Positions 36,108 to 41,641 of a stretch of DNA of 41,641 bases are shown here, one piece after another. The DNA lies in assembly GCA_040881805.1 (NCBI GenBank), contig JBBECL010000014.1, positions 2,805-44,445 on the forward strand, in the 5' to 3' direction. The translations under genes were made by a program, and so were the position numbers. How positions within the stretch are numbered: position 1 is the stretch's first letter; every line of letters starts with the position of its first letter. Source of the DNA: Terrimicrobiaceae bacterium. Its GTDB lineage: Bacteria > Verrucomicrobiota > Verrucomicrobiia > Chthoniobacterales > Terrimicrobiaceae. A model generated the notes under the pieces. It ran no database searches. It was not told the origin of the DNA and was given only the letters and a program-made list of their open reading frames with translations.

Positions 36108-37481
36108 ATGAACACGATCCTCCGTCCGGTCACGATGGTCTTGGCGTTTCTCTCTGTTGCCAGTGCCGCCGACCCCCGCCTTCCAGACCACCTCAACCCC
36201 GACCAAGCGATTGGGCCTGTGGGTTGGTTGGATGGACCGACGCTCACGGGCGACTGGTGGGGCTTGCGGACCGCGGCAGATGACGCCGGCATCACGCTTT
36301 CCGGCAGCTACACAAACAATATTGCCGGGAACCCGGTCGGTGGAACATCGGCGGGATTTGCCTACACCGACAACCTCCTCTTCGGTGCCCTGCTCGATTT
36401 TGAAAAATTGGCGGGGTGGCAGGGCCTCACCCTGACGATCTCGGGACTTAACCGCGCCGGCAGCAGCCTCTCGCAAGACAACCTCGGAAACCAGTTCACC
36501 GTGCAGCAGGTTTTTGGCGGACAAACGGTCATGTTCTACGAACTCTCCTTCGACCAGAAATTGTGGGATGATAAAATTTCGATCAAGTTCGGCCGTTTTG
36601 CGACTGGCGATGATTTTGCCTCGTCTCCGCTCTACTGGCTTTATATGAACAACGGGATTGACGGCAACCCGCAGGCACTGCCGGTCAACACCCAGTTCAG
36701 TGCCTACCCCTGGGCGGTCTGGGCAGCCCGCATCAAAGTCCAACCCACTCCCGAGTGGACCGGCCAACTCGGGCTGTATCAGGTCTCGGATCGGGTCTTT
36801 GACCGGGCTTATCACGGGTTGGATTGGAGCATCCGCCCCAATGATGGCGTCTTGCTCATCAGCCAGATCGGTTGGTCACCCGAGTTTTTCAAGCGCCCGG
36901 TCGGCGAGTCCTCAGCCGGGGAAGGCAAGGCCGTGGCAACTGGCAAGTCGGTTGGCAAAACCTTCGAGCCCGTGAAGATGGAGGGACTGCCCGGGAATTA
37001 TTGGTTCGGGGCGTATTGGTCCCCGTGGGAATTTTCCCAATTTGGGACCACGGAAACTGCTCGCAATTCCTACGGGTTTTATTGGCATGCCGATCAAATG
37101 ATCTTTCGGGAAGCCCCCGGGTCAGATCAGGGTCTGACGCTGTGGACAGCTGTGGTGCTTTCGCCCCAACAAAACATTGCGAAGCTGCCGTTCCAGGTGA
37201 ATGGCGGGTTGGCCTATAAGGGGTTGATCCCCTCCCGCGACAATGACCAAACAGTTTTTGGCATCGTGTATGGCAAATTCAGCAACCAGTATGCGCAATC
37301 CGTAAATGATGCCGGCGGCGGTTACCCGGACTATGAGATGGTTTTGGAGTGGGGGTATCGGATTCAGCTCACCCCGTTTGCCTACATCCAACCCGACATT
37401 CAATGGGTGATGAACCCCGGTGGCACGGGAAATATCCCGAACGCCCTCGTGTTGGGCGCGCAAATGGGCCTGACCTTTTGA
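36108..37481 (+). CDS. Carbohydrate-selective porin, OprB family
   Basis: Signal peptide MNTILRPVTMVLAFLSVASA. OprB-like GDWWGLR, GFAYTDNL, KFGRFATGDDFA, and terminal ...LGAQMGLTF (beta-barrel C-terminal Phe). Confidence 0.82.
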   Translation: MNTILRPVTMVLAFLSVASAADPRLPDHLNPDQAIGPVGWLDGPTLTGDWWGLRTAADDAGITLSGSYTNNIAGNPVGGTSAGFAYTDNLLFGALLDFEKLAGWQGLTLTISGLNRAGSSLSQDNLGNQFTVQQVFGGQTVMFYELSFDQKLWDDKISIKFGRFATGDDFASSPLYWLYMNNGIDGNPQALPVNTQFSAYPWAVWAARIKVQPTPEWTGQLGLYQVSDRVFDRAYHGLDWSIRPNDGVLLISQIGWSPEFFKRPVGESSAGEGKAVATGKSVGKTFEPVKMEGLPGNYWFGAYWSPWEFSQFGTTETARNSYGFYWHADQMIFREAPGSDQGLTLWTAVVLSPQQNIAKLPFQVNGGLAYKGLIPSRDNDQTVFGIVYGKFSNQYAQSVNDAGGGYPDYEMVLEWGYRIQLTPFAYIQPDIQWVMNPGGTGNIPNALVLGAQMGLTF

Positions 37482-37508
37482 GTCGGAGGAGAGCGCAGCA
37501 ACAAAATA

Positions 37509-37554
37509 CCGCGGCTCGTGCACCCCAAGGCGGGCACAAGGCCGCGGCTTGTTT
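37509..37554. terminator. Candidate bidirectional intrinsic terminator between convergent porin and cyclase genes
   Basis: 7-bp GC stem CCGCGGC/GCCGCGG plus inner GTGC/GCAC pairing. Followed by CTTGTTT on the plus strand and preceded by CAACAAAATA (UAUUUUGUUG on the minus strand). Confidence 0.45.
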
Positions 37555-40235
37555 CAGCCCTGCTTTTCACAGATTTTTCTTCGCGCGCGGCGGAGCAAGT
37601 CCTCGTCGGAGGCGGAAGCGCCCTCGCCCCAGAGGCGCTCCTTGGTGTCATGATCCAACTGGGAGGCAAGGAGTTCCATGTCGCGTTCGTGGTCGGCCGT
37701 CTCATCCAGCGTGAGTTGGGACCCCATACGTTCCCGCATGGCGGCGGCCCCACCGAAGAGCCAGGCCGCCCGGTCCAACTCGCCGGACGCCAAGGCGGCC
37801 GTCCCAAAGGTTTCGATCACATAAGGCAAAATCCAGGTGTTCCCCAAGGCTTGGAGGATGGAAGCCCATTCACAAAGCGCCAACTCTGCCCTCGGCACGT
37901 CTTTTTGTGCAATGGCCACGCGGGCGATGCCCCAAAGGATCAACCCGATGACCCACTGATCCCCGAGCGTTCGATACATGGCAAGGCTCTCTTCGGACAT
38001 GGCCCGTGCGGATTGCAATTCTCCCCGGCTCATCGCCACCCGGCCAAGCCCCCCCAACGAGAGGGCCCGCAAAGACAGGTTGCCACTCTCGCTGGCAATC
38101 GCCAGGCCGCGTTGAAATCGCGCTTCGGCGGCATCAATTCGCCCCTCGCTGCGATCCAGGAAGCCAAGGAAGGCATGAGACATCCCCGCAAGATCCCGGT
38201 CACCTGCTTCGGTGGCCAGGGCCTCGGATTTGGCAAACAGGCTGGCGGCTTCCACATACGAATCCATCGCCCATGCCAGACGTGCCGCGCTGGCCGTGGC
38301 TCGTGCCCGCAAACCCATGGGCGACTTTTCTTCATGCTTGAAGATTTTGGGAAACAGCTGATGCGTTTCTGTCAGAAATCCCCGCACCTCCAACGGTCGG
38401 CCCAAGGCTGCCAAAAATCGGAGAGCGTCCGTATGGCGTGAGGAGGTCAGACTCCAATTGACCGCCGACTCAAAATTAAAAATGTCATCGTTGAAATCCT
38501 CCAGCCATCGCTTCTGATCTGGCCCGAGGTAATGGGGGGCGGCTTCCTCGGCGGTTTTCAAAAAATATTCGAGATGACGGTCACGAAACTGTTCCATGGC
38601 TCCCTGCTCTTTGAGTTTGTTGCGGGCATAGTGCCAGACGGATTCCAGCATGGTGTAGCGCCGGGTGCCGGACCCGGTGACCTCGACGCTGACCAGGGAT
38701 TTTTCGATGAGTTGCTGCAGGAGATCCAGCACGTCATACGCCTCCACCCCATCCGAACTGCACACAAACTCAATGGCCTCCAGACTGCGACCGCCAATAA
38801 AAACGCCCATCCGGCAAAAAACGAGTTTCTCGGCGTCGGAGAGCAGGTCATAGCTCCAATCAATGAGGGCTTGAAGGGTTTGCTGATGGGGCAGCCGGTC
38901 CGTGTTGCCCCCGCGAAGAAGGCGGAAGCGATCAACCAGGCGCCCGGCGATTTGTTTGACGTCAAGGAGCCGGACACGTGCGGCGGCGAGTTCGATGGCC
39001 AAAGGAATCCCATCCAGTCGACTGCAAATCTCGGCGATGGCCTTGGCATTATCCGTGGTGACCGTGAACTCGGGGTGAACAGCGGCCGCCCGCTCCACAA
39101 AAAGTTTCACGGCGTCATATCCGGACACACGGCCCACCAGCCCCGGTCCTTCGAGCCCTTCGCGGTGGATGTCCAGAATCCCCAGCGGAGGAACCGGCAA
39201 AAACACCTCGCCTGCCAGGCCGAGGGAATGACGGCTCGTGGCCAGAATCTTGAGCAACGGACAGGTCCGAAGGAGTTCCGAGGCCAGTGAGGCGACCGAG
39301 CCGGTCAGTTGCTCGCAGTTATCAAGAATGAGCAGCAGCTTTTTGGAGTGCAAAAATCCGAGCAACGTCTCAAGGAGCGGCCGTCCGGGTTCTTCGCGAA
39401 GGCCCAGCGAATCCGTGACCGTCTGCAAGAGGCGCGACGCATCGCTGACCAGGGCCAACTCGACAAGCCAGACCCCATCCGGGAAGGCCCCGATGAGCCG
39501 GGCTCCCGCCTCGACAGCCAACCGTGTTTTCCCGGTGCCTCCCGTTCCAACCAATGTCAGAAGGCGGGTGCGGCTTTCCAAGGTTGTGGAGACACCATCC
39601 ATTTCTTTGTCCCTGCCGATAAAGCTTGTGGTTTGGATGGGCAGGTTGTTGGGAAGAACCTCCATGCTTTTCGGAGCTGGAAAATCCGGGGCCAGCCCCT
39701 CGGCCAAGACTTGAAAAAGTTGCTCCGGGCGCTCCAAGCTCCGCAGGCGATGAGCTCCCAGGTCGCGAAAACCCACCGCCTTTGGCGGATCGTCTTGAAG
39801 CAGATCCCTCGTGACCCCGGAGACCAAAATCTGCCCCCCATGTGCGGCCGCCTCGATGCGTGCGGCGCGGTTCAGGGTGCCACCAAAATAATCCTTGTTG
39901 CGGAACTCCGCCGGGCCCGAGTGAACCCCGGCACGAACCGCCAGGGAACCCAGCGCTCCCCAGTCCCCCGAAGCAAGTTGCCGCTGAACCTCAACCACCG
40001 CCTGGACAGCAGCCGATGGCAACTCAAACGCCACACAAAACGCGTCCCCGACGGTCTTGAAAACATATCCGCCCGAACTCTCGAAAATCTCACGAAGCAA
40101 CGCATCATGTTGTCGGACGGCCTTTCCCATATCCGCGGGAAATTTTTCCCACAGCCGGGTGCTCCCCACAATATCGGTGAAGACAAACGTGATGGTTCCC
40201 TGTGGCGCTTCCGGCATTCCGGCAATGAACACCAT
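37554..40235 (-). CDS. Class III adenylate/guanylate cyclase domain fused to a STAND (NB-ARC-like, COG3903-type) ATPase and C-terminal TPR array
   Basis: Cyclase: FVFTDIVGST, FKTVGDAF, DYFGGTLNRAARIE. ATPase: Walker A GTGGTGKT, Walker B LLLILDNCEQ, GIPLAIELAAARV, LIDWSYDLL. About 330 aa of TPR-like repeats at the C-terminus. Confidence 0.88.
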   Translation of the reverse strand: MVFIAGMPEAPQGTITFVFTDIVGSTRLWEKFPADMGKAVRQHDALLREIFESSGGYVFKTVGDAFCVAFELPSAAVQAVVEVQRQLASGDWGALGSLAVRAGVHSGPAEFRNKDYFGGTLNRAARIEAAAHGGQILVSGVTRDLLQDDPPKAVGFRDLGAHRLRSLERPEQLFQVLAEGLAPDFPAPKSMEVLPNNLPIQTTSFIGRDKEMDGVSTTLESRTRLLTLVGTGGTGKTRLAVEAGARLIGAFPDGVWLVELALVSDASRLLQTVTDSLGLREEPGRPLLETLLGFLHSKKLLLILDNCEQLTGSVASLASELLRTCPLLKILATSRHSLGLAGEVFLPVPPLGILDIHREGLEGPGLVGRVSGYDAVKLFVERAAAVHPEFTVTTDNAKAIAEICSRLDGIPLAIELAAARVRLLDVKQIAGRLVDRFRLLRGGNTDRLPHQQTLQALIDWSYDLLSDAEKLVFCRMGVFIGGRSLEAIEFVCSSDGVEAYDVLDLLQQLIEKSLVSVEVTGSGTRRYTMLESVWHYARNKLKEQGAMEQFRDRHLEYFLKTAEEAAPHYLGPDQKRWLEDFNDDIFNFESAVNWSLTSSRHTDALRFLAALGRPLEVRGFLTETHQLFPKIFKHEEKSPMGLRARATASAARLAWAMDSYVEAASLFAKSEALATEAGDRDLAGMSHAFLGFLDRSEGRIDAAEARFQRGLAIASESGNLSLRALSLGGLGRVAMSRGELQSARAMSEESLAMYRTLGDQWVIGLILWGIARVAIAQKDVPRAELALCEWASILQALGNTWILPYVIETFGTAALASGELDRAAWLFGGAAAMRERMGSQLTLDETADHERDMELLASQLDHDTKERLWGEGASASDEDLLRRARRKICEKQG

Positions 40236-40262
40236 CCCGCGTGTGGTGGCCAGCCGGGAAAA

Positions 40263-41390
40263 TTATGTTCCTGCCAACGCGTCGGACTGCTTCACAAAAT
40301 CGTCGCCGCTCCACTCGCCATCGGCCTTCACCACCTTGCTGATTTCCGCCGCCTTTTGGGCGGCCTTCCGCTCGCGCTGCATGCGCACCAACTCGGCGTG
40401 CGTGGTGAAATATGGCAGGCTGGCCCCTTTGAAATCCGCGAGGGTTTCAAAGGAATGTTTTTCCATGAAGGCCAACAACCCCTCTTTCAGGGTCTTCACA
40501 AATCCATACCCGAATTTCATCACCCCGGTGCAGACTTGGACGGTGTCCGACCCCAAGAGAATGAATTCGGCGGCATCTTCCCCCGTTTCAACTCCCCCCA
40601 TTCCGGAAAGTGTCCGCCCGGGAAACTCCGAGGAAATCATCGTGGCCAATTCCATGCACATGCGCAGGGCAATGGGCTTGACCGCCTTCGAGGAATAGCC
40701 GCCCGGAGTGGAATATCCCTCCACCGTTGGCTCGGGCCGGAGGGTATCCAAATTGACACCGATGACACTGCGGATCGTGTTGATCGCGCTGACGCCATGA
40801 CACCCCGCCTGAAACGCCCGCCGCGCGGGATCTTCAATGTGGGTGATATTCGGAGTCATTTTTGCCCACACCGGCTTGGTCGCCACTTCGCAGACCCACT
40901 CGCAAACCTCCCCCAAAACTTCGGGATCCTGGCCCATGGCTGCCCCCATTTTCCGCTCCGGCAGGCCATGCGGGCAGGAAAAGTTCAGTTCGAACCCATC
41001 CACGCCGGCCTCCTGGCAGCGCTCGACAATTTCCACCCACGCATCCTTGCGGTATTCTTCCATGATGGAGGCAATCAGGATTCCCTCGGGATGTTCATTT
41101 TTGCACTTCTTGAATTCTTCCATCCAAATTTCCATGGGACGGTCACTGATCAGCTCGATGTTTTCCCAACCGATGACCTCTTTTTTGTCATTCGCATACA
41201 GCTTCCCGTAACGCGGCGTCACATTGACAACTTTCGAAGCATCGAGGCTGATTGTTTTGGCGATCACCGCCCCCCACCCCTCCCGAAAGGCGCGGTTGAT
41301 GACATTCAGATTCGTTCCGGGAGGTCCCGAAGCGATCACAAAAGGGTTTGGCATTTTCAGGCCGTCAACGGTGGTTGCGAGGGTGGGCAT
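40263..41390 (-). CDS. Dihydropyrimidine dehydrogenase PreA-like / class 1 dihydroorotate dehydrogenase family flavoenzyme (no ferredoxin domain)
   Basis: NPFVIASGPPGTNLNVINRAFREGWGAVIAKTISLD...NIELISDRP...ELNFSCPHG...KMTPNIT...GGYSSKAVKPIALR tracks the FMN domain of DPD/PreA. The C-terminus lacks Cys clusters. Confidence 0.78.
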   Translation of the reverse strand: MPTLATTVDGLKMPNPFVIASGPPGTNLNVINRAFREGWGAVIAKTISLDASKVVNVTPRYGKLYANDKKEVIGWENIELISDRPMEIWMEEFKKCKNEHPEGILIASIMEEYRKDAWVEIVERCQEAGVDGFELNFSCPHGLPERKMGAAMGQDPEVLGEVCEWVCEVATKPVWAKMTPNITHIEDPARRAFQAGCHGVSAINTIRSVIGVNLDTLRPEPTVEGYSTPGGYSSKAVKPIALRMCMELATMISSEFPGRTLSGMGGVETGEDAAEFILLGSDTVQVCTGVMKFGYGFVKTLKEGLLAFMEKHSFETLADFKGASLPYFTTHAELVRMQRERKAAQKAAEISKVVKADGEWSGDDFVKQSDALAGT

Positions 41391-41529
41391 AGGATGAGGG
41401 GCTGATTGATTATGTTTCTGTTCGAAGAGACTGCGAGCAATAACTGGGCCGCATCTTCAAAAATTTGGTTGTGGTGAAATCGCGGCGTTGACTCCGCCCT
41501 CGATCTCCGCATGATTCCCGCCTCTCCCA

Positions 41530-41641
41530 ATGCTAGAAAAACACATTGCCAAAATCACACGGGAACTGAAGCTTCAACCGCGGCAGGTCGCAGCGACAGC
41601 CGTGCTGCTCGAGGAAGGGGCCACGGTCCCTTTCATCGCCC
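41530..41641 (+). CDS. tex: Tex-like (YhgF) transcription accessory protein, 5' end only (runs off the window)
   Basis: Manual translation MLEKHIAKITRELKLQPRQVAATAVLLEEGATVPFIA matches the conserved Tex N-terminus (...RPEQV.AAV.LLDEGNTVPFIARYRKE). Not in the ORF track because it is truncated. Confidence 0.7.
   Translation, partial: MLEKHIAKITRELKLQPRQVAATAVLLEEGATVPFIA

Noticed and set aside
37554-40235. Pycsar-like pyrimidine (cCMP/cUMP) cyclase idea, prompted by the adjacent pyrimidine-reductase-like gene
   Set aside because: The cyclase domain retains the canonical Lys/Asp adenine-selecting positions as far as I can align by eye, and no small effector gene is adjacent. It is kept only as something the nucleotide-specificity assay would test.
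39309-41405. 698-aa plus-strand ORF spanning the cyclase N-terminus and the PreA-like gene
   Set aside because: It is antisense to two ORFs with clear family motifs. Its translation is Arg/Gly/Pro-rich with no recognisable motif. This is a typical shadow ORF of GC-rich DNA.
1-41641. CRISPR arrays, tRNA/rRNA genes, IS elements and prophage modules
   Set aside because: Intergenic spaces are almost all under 170 bp. No spaced direct-repeat arrays, cloverleaf-capable segments, transposase-like ORFs or terminal inverted repeats were seen.

Overview
GC-rich, densely coding chromosomal segment with about 38 CDS. I recognised no rRNA, tRNA, CRISPR array, IS element or prophage. All calls rest on reading the supplied translations and DNA from memory of family motifs; no search was run. 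The mix of prepilin-type N-termini, an exosortase/EpsI pair, DUF4912 and many TPR envelope proteins suggests a Verrucomicrobiota/PVC-type genome (inference only).

Content, left to right:
- A TPR membrane protein, then AraC divergent from melA (GH4 alpha-galactosidase), then a secreted EEP nuclease and a secreted PD40 + LamG protein.
- On the minus strand, serpin > APH/MtnK-like kinase > enolase; then an S41 Ctp protease and TrkH.
- A long minus-strand run: TPR > ExbB > ExbD > ExbD > exosortase > EpsI > ribH > nusB > ftsY > TPR-like protein > sugar ABC binding protein and two permeases > dnaN > ROK kinase.
- A PpiD-like chaperone gene interrupted by one in-frame TAG, then a small TPR protein, metG and an LpxL-family acyltransferase.
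- On the minus strand, DUF4912 > xerC > SAM methyltransferase > gspF > pseudopilin.
- An OprB porin; a PreA-like flavoenzyme followed by a class III cyclase-STAND ATPase-TPR protein; and the start of tex.

Most interesting observations:
1. A TonB-less TPR/ExbB/ExbD/ExbD module directly abuts exosortase-EpsI, and this ExbB carries a C-terminal zinc ribbon.
2. The DUF4912 protein contains a strict 8-residue (x5-S-S-W) repeat array.
3. xerC appears to start at a CTG that overlaps the DUF4912 stop codon (CTGA).
4. A secreted inhibitory-type serpin is translationally coupled to a cytoplasmic kinase-like gene.
5. The cyclase-STAND-TPR signalling protein.
6. The in-frame TAG in the PpiD-like gene.
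7. A G9 tract inside a secreted-protein gene.

None of these is proven to be a new system; each needs the checks listed.
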